Part shown: piece by piece, positions 51,401 through 62,100 of the stretch
How the letters are laid out: every line of letters starts with the position of its first letter
Position numbering within the stretch: position 1 is the first letter of the stretch
Assembly (NCBI RefSeq): GCF_964204865.1
Contig: NC_135260.1
Location: 14,756,001 to 14,820,000, forward strand
DNA length: 64,000 bases
Reading direction: 5' to 3'
Source of the DNA: Styela clava
Lineage: Eukaryota
Position numbers and translations under genes: made by a program
The notes under the pieces: model-generated
Told to the model about the DNA's origin: nothing
Database searches by the model: none
The model's input: the letters and a program-made list of their open reading frames with translations, nothing else

Positions 51401-54400
51401 GGTGCTTTGAATGGCCATTCAAACTTATTGCCATATTTGACATTATTATTAAACTGGGAGTCTATGTTATGACATCTGGGCTCAATAATATACCGTCATG
51501 TTGCGTCATGGTTATTCTACAAGATTTTTCAGACTTAATAAAATGCTCGCTTAAATTAGTAACACCTTGGTCACATAAAATTTCGAGTTTCATTTCTCAA
51601 GTGTGGAACAAGTTCTAAGGACATAATATAAAAAATTCCCTTTTTTACCTTACGAGTGGAGAGTTGCATTTGTGTAGTGAAGAGAAATTAAAGGTCACTT
51701 TATCTTTGATACAAGAAAGCACTGAGCAGCCAGGATAAAATAACATAACAGATGAATCGCTGGCAGGCACAGAATCAATTGACATGCTTTCAGCTGAAAA
51801 TTAGAAGAGAAAAAAATTAATGCAACGAAAAATGAGGTTTTAAAGGAATTTAATATGTAAATAGCAATGAAATGACATTTGCTACATTTGATAAGACTTT
51901 GATAATTTTTAATTGGCTGTCCTACTTTCTATACCTTTATTTTAATTTAGGCCTAACTCTAAGCAAAATCTAAATATAGTAGCATGAATCAGTAAGCTGA
52001 TCAATTAACTGAAGCATGGTGTATGTCTCGCAATTTAAATAATTGATTCAACACTCCGGTACTTTTGATAAATCAATAATAACTTTTATGGACTCGAGAA
52101 AATGAGTATGTCCAGATCATCTTAAGATTATATATTGGGTAGGTAGGCCTACCAGTTTAAAAGTGATAATAATCATAATTCTCCAGTGAAAAACATTCCA
52201 ATCTAGCAAATACAGCATTACTGACACAACAGAAAATTCTTAGTATACCAAGTGATATATAATTCCACAAACATGGTTTATAAAACAGCTTTTTTACAAT
52301 GCAACAACATTAAATAAACAACAAACAAAAAAACAAATGCATATATAGTAAGACATAACATGGTGATTAAAGTACCTTTATATATGTTAAGTTGAAATTC
52401 ATAGGACTGAGTGTAAATCCATAAAAGACTAATATAATTTTCATTATGATATTCTTATAAAGGTTAGTGATAAATGCATAACACAACCTATCCTTTCAAT
52501 AGCCTCAGTTAAATCACCATTTAAGTACATATGATATATCATATGCATGTACAAAAAGCTAAAATTGATTAAATTCTTAAATAAATCAGATGTAGCTAAA
52601 TCCTATATTAAAATTTATTCTATTTTCTTAATAAACGTTGAATGTTGAAAATATTGCACTTCAAACTACATAATGGCAAAAATCTAGTTCAAATTCTGGA
52701 TATACTTCTTATCTATATACTACTTACCAATTTCCCAGATGTAACAGTTGCAAAACACCAAGTTCACAATTCATGCAAGTACAATGATGGAACGTTTATA
52801 CAAAACAACAAACTGTGCTGAAATTGACAATATATAGAATATATCAAAACATCAAATCTAAACAGAAACAACAATAACAATTTAAAAATTTTCAAAATTA
52901 TGGTTGGCCATAGATCATGTCACAATAGATGGCTGGTTTATATTACATTCAGTCTTGTAATCATATTAGAACATAATCATAATCAATACAATATCAAATA
53001 ATAGGTATCAGGTTCAATTTGAAAAATTTTGATTTGTCACAACTCACAAACAAAAACATATTAAGGATTATGATACAAATGCATATGTCTACCAGTAACC
53101 AGTAATTCATTCAATAAAGGTCAAGTTTCAATAAAGAATAAAATATAGCCCGATGCCCAAATCTGGCAAGCTTACTTCGGCCACATAATAATTTTCATAA
53201 GACGATTTTATATGGCTACTCTGAACAAGGCTCTATACATACTGCTATGAAGTAGGTACCTTATTCTAAAACAGGAGTGTGCAGTATTTTTTGTCGGCGG
53301 GCCATATAGACAACTTGAGATCTAGCCGGGCCATTCAAAAAATTCAATTTCTTTCGGGTACACAATGAATTAAAAAATTCTCACCACGAAAACGCTATAG
53401 CTTAGTCTTACAGTAATAAAGGCAAAAAGAAGGAAGACTTAAAATTATGAACTTTAACATAAACTGTCAGGTTAAAATTTGATGCTTAGTGGGAAAATAT
53501 CTCGAGTGTTGACAAGGGTCGGACTTATTGTCTTGGCGGGGCAGGTTATGGCCCGCGGGCCGCCTGTTGCACACCCCTGTTCTAAAAGGACTAGAATTTT
53601 TCATATTCAGCACTGCCTATCCAATTTCCTAAACCCTGGGTAAGGTGGTGGGCATGGGATTTGAATCAGAGACTTTTACTTGAGATGTTACATGTTATCA
53701 TAAATAAAGCTTAAGTCCAATGTTTTTAGCAATAAGACTGAAGGAATATCCACATATTCATTGATTTACAAAGTGATATTGATATTACAATAGCCGGTGC
53801 GGATCAGACAATAAATTTAGCATTCGATAAATTGTATCCTTTGATCCTTAATCAATTATTGATCACGAACATTTCATGCACACTGCACAAACGATAATAA
53901 AATGAATTCTCACCGTTTCGAACAATTACTAATCCCGGTCTAGCAACAACTACCCTGTCTCCCAGGCTATCTGTCGTACATGAACTACAATGTGATATAG
54001 GTGAAGAAGTTGAGATATCAGAGTTGTGTGAAGTTGATCTGCTAACATTGTTTTTATATGATGAACATTTATGCGATCTTGATCTCGTATTTTCCATTCT
54101 GCATGTCATGCCAGGGTGATTCATTGTATCATCAAGCAGGTGGTTATGGCTAAAAAATATAACCGATAAATTAGGAATACAAAAATTTGGGCGGATTTTT
54201 TGCAATGAGGTGTAGAAATGGTGACTCCACAGGCTGCGGCCCATGGGCCGAAGAGGAGTCACAACCCCTGTGTAGGCAATGAGAGCAAAAAGAAATTACC
54301 TGTACAACTATAAAATATACACTTGGGATACAAATATACTGTTTACATGAACTTCAATGTTCATTCAAAAATATATAAAACAGTGTACAATTGTGATTTT

Positions 54401-54769
54401 TCTACTTCAAAGTTTTCTTTTGGCATAATTGGGCTGGTTTCACTGATATCCACAAACTGACAAAGCCGAAATTGATAATTCTACGCAAAACTGACAAAAA
54501 GCTGCAATCAAATAATATGTAATTACATGTGTCAGTGTGTAAGAAACATGGTATCAGAATAGCCTACGTTATTTAAGAACTTATACCACGGAAGCACTAA
54601 ATTGGCTAAACATTTGTAACAATCCTGCTAATGGGATCTTATTTTAAGAAGTATTACAGGTATGCCTATATTACAGTAATAAAATTTTCACCTCGCCTAC
54701 ACCTATTGTAAATACAAAATAAGTAGATGGTACAGTAGAAGTGTTCGATGCTTACTTTTCTTCTTCCAT
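42438..54769 (-). CDS. Divergent NFU1-like Fe-S scaffold/carrier paralogue, ~290 aa
   Basis: Exons 54769-54756, 54149-53914, 51793-51649 (MLFYPGCSVL...SPLVR), 49719-49656 (QLLKLNGVEQV), 44757-44613 (WRNLKPEILATMIEFFSSGIPVL), 44054-43945 (IESRIRPMVKQEGGDV), 43200-43063 (FSGTCIST...LQFHVPDV), 42458-42438 (TGA). Nfu_N + NifU domains are recognisable; the first two exons are less certain. Confidence 0.85.
43653..43851. mobile_element. hAT MITE (same family as 60602-60880)
   Basis: CAGGGATGGACAA ... TTCGCCCAGGTCAG; TSD TATTAGAG; shared internal GTTACATTTTATGAACAATATTTACAGTG. Confidence 0.85.
44119..44330 (+). mobile_element. tRNA-derived SINE, second family
   Basis: A-box TGGCCTAGTGG (44125-44135), B-box GGTTGAAATCC (44182-44192); the downstream CCCATGCCCACCACCT recurs inverted at ~53632-53670; 3' end approximate. 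Confidence 0.65.
45851..46275. repeat. Tandem repeat, ~152-bp unit, about 2.8 copies
   Basis: Units begin GAGAAC..AACATTAT..TAAATTTAC..GACTGTCAT at ~45851, ~46003 and ~46155 and end TGAGTGAAGTTTC. Confidence 0.9.
47172..47412. repeat. Long inverted repeat / foldback MITE
   Basis: ~70-bp arms CTAGATTGACAATC...AAGTGCTTAATTAATAAAGTCATT... and their reverse complement, ~100-bp spacer. Confidence 0.85.
53272..53579. mobile_element. hAT MITE
   Basis: CAGGAGTGTGCA / TGCACACCCCTG; GCGGGCC subterminal motifs; TSD TTCTAAAA (53264-53271, 53580-53587). Confidence 0.88.
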
Positions 54770-54799
54770 ACTAAAAAGTGGAGAGCAAAATAATGATCC

Positions 54800-55000
54800 T
54801 ACACCGCACATTCGCGGCGATACCATAATTCCAAAACCGGAATTCCGATATTCGTGCAGAATGCCGACTACAGGACAACCGCGCAGCATGAAAGCGAATG
54901 ACGAATGTTTACCTTGAGTCGATATCGCAAACGCCGCGCTCATCGCCCTTTTTCCGTTATCGCGTTGTGGATAGGATAGTGACTTTTCTTTTTTTTCGGC
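54800..55000. promoter_or_regulatory. CpG-rich candidate bidirectional promoter (NFU1-like / ACAD11)
   Basis: Local CpG/GC enrichment between the divergent 5' ends; minus-strand donor AAG|GTAAAC at 54913 suggests a first exon. Confidence 0.45.
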
Positions 55001-55358
55001 CATAGCCAAATTCATAGATAATTAATTTATAATGCATTTACTATTTAATGATTATATGTAAGGAATTATAGTTTGTTTTAGTATTGTGCTGTATGGTTTT
55101 TATTTGTTCTATGACCGCAATTGCCTAATGGAAAAGCAGTCATTTAATATATGTGTAACGTACCTTGCGTACGCAAATGGCACGACTTTATGCTGATCTG
55201 TCTGTCTGTGTGAATGAGATTCAAAAGAGTTCCTGTTCACGAGAATTTTATATTATTTGTGGATTAAAATCATGATTTATCAGTATTTATTCCAAAAACT
55301 ACTATTATTTTCTTCCACATACTTTTTTGTTAGGAGTTTAGTACAGGAACGGGGCTAA

Positions 55359-55520
55359 GGCATAGCAAAAGAAACGCTGTAAATGCCTAAATACTGAAAT
55401 AACGCCAGACAAAAATGTAATGCAAGAACAAATGCCGTAACTGCTTAGCATTGAATAATGCTGAATAAAAATTGATGTTTGGCGGTATTTAGGCAGATAC
55501 AGTGTTTTTTTTAATATACC
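55359..55520. mobile_element. Degenerate MITE-like inverted repeat
   Basis: AAACGCTGTAAATGCCTAAATAC / GTATTTAGGCAGATACAGTGTTT arms, GG..CC ends, flanked by TAA / TCA. Confidence 0.5.
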
Positions 55521-56302
55521 TCATGAGTCATGAAGGATGGATTAGAATTTCTGATTATTCAATATTAATTCTGTAAATGCAACAAAACATTCTGGAATAG
55601 GAAACGATTTGAAGGTAAAAACCTAGATTGAAGATAATCTTTAGGAGGGCATGAAAGGTACTCCTTGCAAAATTATGGTGATACAGTAATAGGCATTTTT
55701 AAAAGTGGTCGATAAGCAGATGCTGGGATTGCATTGACTGGGTAAACTGTCCTTTTCGCTCTTCCCTATTTCAGTATTTGGTAAATTGGTAAATTATGTA
55801 GCTTTTTGCTAGAAACATCCCTCTATCAGCCTATAAGAGAGATAATGATTTATTTTTCGAATATTATCAAAAAATATTTAACAATTACAATAAATGGAAA
55901 AAACATTCGTAAAACATAATCGTGAGGGGGCGGGCAAAACCGCAAGGTCAACTATGTTGGCCGACCCCTAAAAAAGAAAAATTTCCTATTAGAACAAGTC
56001 ATTCAGGAGTCATGAGAAAAAAAGGTCGCATATAGATTTTTACCTTAATTATTTACAGCAATTATTTGATGGATTACACATAACAGTTCCAAAGATATTG
56101 TAATATAAGAAGAGGGATTATTTAACAAGTTAGCTTACACAATACGATCTTTGAAATATCTATTTGACTATGAAACTGAAAGAAAAGTTAATCAGCAGAT
56201 ATTTTATTTCGGATATTTTATTTCTTGCTAAACAGAAATGTTGTAATACTGTTATAAACACAGTTTATCTTTTTAACTGTAAATTTTCCCAAGATATATG
56301 GA

Positions 56303-58561
56303 ATGGCTCATCGAATGAATTTAGAAAAACTGAGATTATATCTCAATCAAGCTTGTAAACTTGATGGTTCATTGTCTGTAAAAAAGTTTAAAGATGGCCA
56401 ATCAAATCCAACATTTCATTTAAAGATCGGGCAGAGGGATTTAGTTTTGAGAAAGAAACCTGATGGCAAACTTTTGCCTGGAGCCCACCAAGTTGGTAGA
56501 GAGTATAGAGTAATGAAAGCGCTCCATTCCACAGGCTTTCCTGTTCCTCAAGTTTTAGCTCACTGCACTGATTCTGACATTTTGGGAACTGATTTTTTGA
56601 TTATGGATTTTGTGGAGGGTAGAATTCATTTTGATGGCCTTCCTGGCAAAGATAAAAATAGCACGAGAGAATGCTTATTTTCTGCTGTAGAAACACTTGC
56701 CCAACTGCATTCAGTTGATCCCGATGAAATTGGCCTTGGAGATTATGGGAAAAAAACATCATTTTGTGAAAGGCAAGTTAAAACGTTTTCTCGACAATAT
56801 GAAGTAGCAAAACAAAGAGATATTCCAGAAATGAACCAGCTTGCTGGTTGGTTGAGAAATAACCTTCCTCCTGAACCTGATAGAGTATCAATTGTTCATG
56901 GTGATTACTCTTCACACAATATTATGTTTCATCCTTTGGAAAGTCGTGTTAGATGTATTTTGGACTGGGAGTTATCCACACTCGGACATCCTCTGACTGA
57001 TCTAGCTTATTTTTGTATGATGATCTTTCATCTACCTCCACAATTCAAACATATTTATGGTAATTTAGATACTGCCTCTGTAATTGCTGAGAGGGAGATT
57101 GTTGATCATTACTGTAAGCTTCGAAAGATCACGTCACCACCACAAAATTGGAATTTTTTTGTAGCTTTATCTTGCTTCAGAATGGCTTCAATTGTTCAAG
57201 GTGTTTATACTCGATTCTTGCAAGGCAACTCAAGCCAAAAAACTGCAGAGCTGTACGGTTACACAATTCAACCTCTTGCTGCACATGGACTGCAAATAGC
57301 AAAACAAGGTTGGAAAGATGATTCCAACAAATCTGGAACTAATTCAATAGTGCTATCTCCTTCAACGAAAGGAAAATCAGTGCTGGATAAAGTTAATGAT
57401 TTTATTCAAAATCAAATAATTCCCAATGAAAAAGTGTATTATGAATTTTTAGAAAAAGCTGACAACAAATGGTGTGTTGTTCCAATTGTGGAGGAACTAA
57501 AAGCAAAAGCGAAGGCGGACGGTTTATGGAACTTATTTTTACCAGGTATAAGTGGCTTGAGTAATGTTGACTATGCTCACATTGCTGAACAACTCGGAAA
57601 GTATGTCTTTGCATCGGAAGTTTTCAACTGCAGTGCTCCTGACACTGGAAATATGGAAGTGCTTCACCTTTATGGAGATGATTACCAGAAAAAGACTTTC
57701 CTGCAACCTTTGTTGGAAGGAGAGATCAGATCAGCATTTTGTATGACAGAGCCTGCTGTTGCTTCGAGCGACGCAACTAATATGGCCTTGTCAATCATTC
57801 CTGATGGTGATTTTTACATTGTTAACGGCAGAAAATGGTGGAGTAGCGGAGCTGGTGATCCTCGATGTAAAATTGGTATTGTGATGGGTCGTACTGAGCA
57901 ATCGGAATTTGGAAAACATGCTCAACATAGCATGATTGTTGTACCATTTGATTTACCTGGTGTTAAGGTCCTAAGACCAATGTGTGTGTTTGGATTTGAA
58001 GATTATCCCCATGGACATATGGAAGTTGATTTTGATAACGTTAGAGTTCCCAAATGTAATTTGATTTTGGGTGAAGGTCGTGGATTTGAGATTGCTCAAG
58101 GTCGTCTGGGGCCTGGCCGAATTCATCATTGTATGAGATCAATTGGTGCGGCAGAACGTTGCTTAGAAATGTATGTTGCACGTGGATTACAACGAACTAC
58201 ATTTGGAAAGAAACTTATTGAACATCAAGTTAATCAACACCATCTTGCACAATGTCGAATCGGCATTGAACAAGCAAGATTACTGGTCTTGCACACTGCC
58301 TTAACGATTGATACTAACGGAGCAAAAGCTGCTAGAAAACAAATTGCTATGATCAAGGTTGCTGCGATAAAAGTCTTCAAAGATGTAGTTGACAAAACAA
58401 TTCAAATTCATGGTGCGGCTGGCGTATCACAGGACTTCCCTTTAGCTGCGATGTATACTTGGGCTCGTTCATTGCAATTTGCAGATGGTCCTGATGAAGT
58501 TCATCTTGATACTCTTGCAAAATTAGAAATCAGAGACCAAATGAAAAAAGCTAAACTTTAA
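56303..58561 (+). CDS. ACAD11: Acyl-CoA dehydrogenase family member 11-like (APH-kinase + ACAD fusion), intronless, 752 aa
   Basis: Kinase part GQSNPTF, LRKKP, REYRVM, HGDY, LDWELSTLG; ACAD part APDTGNME, FCMTEPAVASSDATN, QGRLGPGRIHHCMR, ADGPDEVH; C-terminal AKL (PTS1); no N-terminal HAD domain as in ACAD10. Confidence 0.92.
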   Translation: MAHRMNLEKLRLYLNQACKLDGSLSVKKFKDGQSNPTFHLKIGQRDLVLRKKPDGKLLPGAHQVGREYRVMKALHSTGFPVPQVLAHCTDSDILGTDFLIMDFVEGRIHFDGLPGKDKNSTRECLFSAVETLAQLHSVDPDEIGLGDYGKKTSFCERQVKTFSRQYEVAKQRDIPEMNQLAGWLRNNLPPEPDRVSIVHGDYSSHNIMFHPLESRVRCILDWELSTLGHPLTDLAYFCMMIFHLPPQFKHIYGNLDTASVIAEREIVDHYCKLRKITSPPQNWNFFVALSCFRMASIVQGVYTRFLQGNSSQKTAELYGYTIQPLAAHGLQIAKQGWKDDSNKSGTNSIVLSPSTKGKSVLDKVNDFIQNQIIPNEKVYYEFLEKADNKWCVVPIVEELKAKAKADGLWNLFLPGISGLSNVDYAHIAEQLGKYVFASEVFNCSAPDTGNMEVLHLYGDDYQKKTFLQPLLEGEIRSAFCMTEPAVASSDATNMALSIIPDGDFYIVNGRKWWSSGAGDPRCKIGIVMGRTEQSEFGKHAQHSMIVVPFDLPGVKVLRPMCVFGFEDYPHGHMEVDFDNVRVPKCNLILGEGRGFEIAQGRLGPGRIHHCMRSIGAAERCLEMYVARGLQRTTFGKKLIEHQVNQHHLAQCRIGIEQARLLVLHTALTIDTNGAKAARKQIAMIKVAAIKVFKDVVDKTIQIHGAAGVSQDFPLAAMYTWARSLQFADGPDEVHLDTLAKLEIRDQMKKAKL

Positions 58562-59104
58562 ATTTGATCAAATCTAATATGTTTTAATGGATAACTTGTC
58601 ATTGCTTAAAAATCGAAATCAATTAAGAAATTTTATGTTATATAATATATGAAATTAAAATTTGTAACCTAAAATTTATTTTTGTTATATCGTGTTAATG
58701 TTAAATGGTTTTCCTATATGCAGTACATAGATATCAAATGCAATCCCGTCATGAATACTTACATCTGTAGATATAGAATTTTGTGCTTGTGTTTATATAT
58801 TGCTAAGTCTATCTTTTTTAATTTTCCAAATCCAGGATGTTTGGCGTTTGTCTGACTCCCACCTCACTATTAGCAAAGTACCATAATTTATTATCAGAAG
58901 ACATGGTGACTTTTGTGACACTGTAATTTTGAGCCACAACTGTAGTTATAGCAGGGGCTGCTAATGCTTTCAATCGATATTTATGTATTATCATAATTAT
59001 GTGCAATTATTTTCAAAATTTGATTGTGTTTTTCAGATGTTTGTGCGAGCTTGGCTCATTGGTTAGCATAGGTGATTCTTGTATATACCTTATAATTCGC
59101 TACC

Positions 59105-62100
59105 ATGGAAGCTGAACACAGGAAGTTACTGCAACGTCACCGTATGACCTTGGCAAAGGATTTATGTATCGATGAGATTTGTCAAATTCTTTTTGCGGAA
59201 GATATTTTGTCAGATCATATGGTTGAAGTTATTTCGTCGAAAAAGTCAACCTTTGAAAAGAATGTGAATAGAATTTTTATGATATTTTTTCATTTTAAGA
59301 TTGAACCTTATTTAAGATTGTTTATTTGTCAATATTTCACATGAAATAAAGCCTTTTTTTGGCATGATTAAGCTGGCTTGTACCATGATTTATTTCTTAT
59401 CATAGACACCTGCTAGGGAATTATAATGACACAATTATTGCAAAAATCTTCAATAACAATATATATAGGCTACCTACTTATAGTAATTAAAAAATTTTCA
59501 ATTGAATTTTCTGATATCTCACTCTAATATCAAATTTTTTTCCAAACTGCGAAATAAATTGTGAATTCATTTCTTCAGGTTCCCGAATAAATTGGTCTTG
59601 ATATAAAGAATGGATTTTTTATTCTATTTCTCTATTCATATATGCTATTGAATTATCTTACTCTCCGGTATTTCTGGTGTACCATCCAAAATTGTAATAT
59701 TCAACAATTCTTAGAAAGTAAATAATAGCTTTATTATCATTTATCTAAAAAGTTTATTAATATTAAAATTTATTTTTAAAAGGTTGCATTCCTCACCAAG
59801 TTACCAACACGAGGACCACTTGCATTCAGTTTCTTCATTCAAGCATTGCATGAAACGGGCCAAGGACATCTTGCTCAAATTCTATGTCCATCGCTTCAAT
59901 CCACCAGATTAAATAATAACATAGGAAACATGAATGAATTTCCATCTGCTACTGATATGCAACCATCATCCTTTTCATTTGCTGAATCCACCCCTACCAA
60001 GGGTTCTCCACATCAGATTTTTGACTCAAGTTTTGAGATTAGTTCAATTAGCAATACTACTCCAAAATCGTGCAAGATTGTACCATCTCCCCGTCCTGTT
60101 TTGACGGAGTGTTCACCAAATACTGTTGGACAATCAAGATCTCCAGGCATTCCTGTTACCCAGAATCAACTGACACCTGTAGAACACATGGACATCAGTG
60201 TTATTTCAAATGATACATCACCGTCGTTTAGCGCAAAACGGAAATTTGTTCCACACAATCATTCCAATTTGGATTCTCTTCGTTCAAATTCATCTATTGA
60301 GAATCTTCGTTCAACTGCTGGGCTTACACGAAACAATCATAACCTTTCTCCTGCCAATAACAATCATATTTCTTGTACAATTTCCCAACCCAATCATACC
60401 TTACAACATCAAATCATACCGCTGCAACCAGTCGTAAGTGATGCTCCAGCGTGGGATAATGTCAAAGTGCGTCCTACATCACTCGAGGTGAATTGAATTT
60501 TTTTTAAATACTTATGCACTGAGAGCACCACATTGTCTGGAGTACTTCTACAAATCTTAGGGAAATGATTGTGTTTAAAAGGAACGCTGGACTCTATAGT
60601 ACAGGGGTGGGCAAGGTTTTTGGACCACGGGCCAAAAATTTTGCCCACCTAGACTGGCGGGCCATGTAAGTGTGGCAGTAAATGTTACATTTTATGAACA
60701 ATATTTACAGTGTAACAAAAGCAAATATGGAAAACAATAAGCCTCGTGCTAAAAATAAATTTAATCCCAATCTTAATAAATTTCTCAAGCTATTTTTTTG
60801 CTAAAACATCAAAATTGATTGTGGCAGTATCAGGCGGGCCAGATTGAATTATCTAGCGGGCCGTAGTTTGCCCATGTCAGCTATAGTAGGTGCACAGCCT
60901 GTTTCTCTTTTTCTCCAAAGGCATTCATGCATGTGGGATACGCATAGCAGCTAGCTATTCCAGTACCAGGAAGTAAATATGAAATTCTTATTTCGCTAAA
61001 ATTTGAATTTGTGGGGCAAGAAAGTATCGCTATTTAATAGGTTCATATAAGACCGTTTTTAATTTTCTTCCAAGTGTTGACTTTTTGAAAAAAAACTGAT
61101 GTTGTCATATATGCAATACTTACACTTGGCTGTAATGGCTGAATTCTCCTATTTTACATACAATAGTTTGTACTCACTTACACTACTGGGATCACAGAAA
61201 TATTGTTGCTGATTTCATTATATCATGCCTTATTTTTTTGTTTGTATAGTTTCTTCGAAGTCGGATGAATGACAGCTATCCACTGTTCAAATTATGCAAA
61301 GGTATCACCTTACTCATTAGTGTTACTGAGTTTGAACCTGTAGCTTGCCTGGACGATCGACTTGTGAGTATTCAACTACATCAAAAATGGCAGTAAATTT
61401 ATTGTAGGCTTGCAGTTTTGTGTTTAACATAATTGTAAGGCAGTAGTAACTCATAATAAGGTAATATGTAGTCTGTGAATATCAGATTATAAACATTTGC
61501 TCTTTTATCTTAGCTTTTTTCTGGAATCAATAAAAATATTTTATCCTGAAAATCGTATTTCACGATTTACAAGTGAAATTGAATGTTTTTAGGGTGGCGA
61601 GAGAGACTGTGCTAGATTAGAACTTATGTTCCAGCAACTTTCATATGAAAATTACCAATTAAAAAATGGGACAGCTGCTGAAATTTGGAACACCTTGAAG
61701 GTAATGGAACCCTATTCCGATTTATAATGAACTGATTTGATATGAATTTTTTACAAATGTCAAATGAAGAAGAAAGATCTATCACTGTTTTAAAGCATGG
61801 TTTGCTGAATCTAATAAATCACTGATTACCTTGTTTAGATCGGAAGTTCAGATCATGGCATGGTTATTTGCCAAAGATTGCATTGTCCTTATTCAAGCAC
61901 AATGGTTTATGTAACTGTCATTAACCTTAGCCATTATACCAAACCTGGACTAATAACTGTTGAGTTTGCTCTCCCTCTGGATAAATATAAAAAAATTCTA
62001 TTCTAATATGAATCTATTTGTTTAATATTTTATCATCGATAGTGTCTGTTGTACCATACCAAATAAACTCAATGTGATTTAGAATTTTTCATCCTGGGCC

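Noticed and set aside
52728-52817. Selenocysteine recoding of the in-frame UGA
   Set aside because: No SECIS recognised in the short 3' UTR and the position is not homologous to a catalytic Cys
56303-58561. Bacterial HGT or contamination as the explanation for the intronless ACAD
   Set aside because: Host-like AT-rich codon usage, eukaryote-type kinase-ACAD fusion, PTS1 and an upstream splice acceptor; a phylogeny would be decisive
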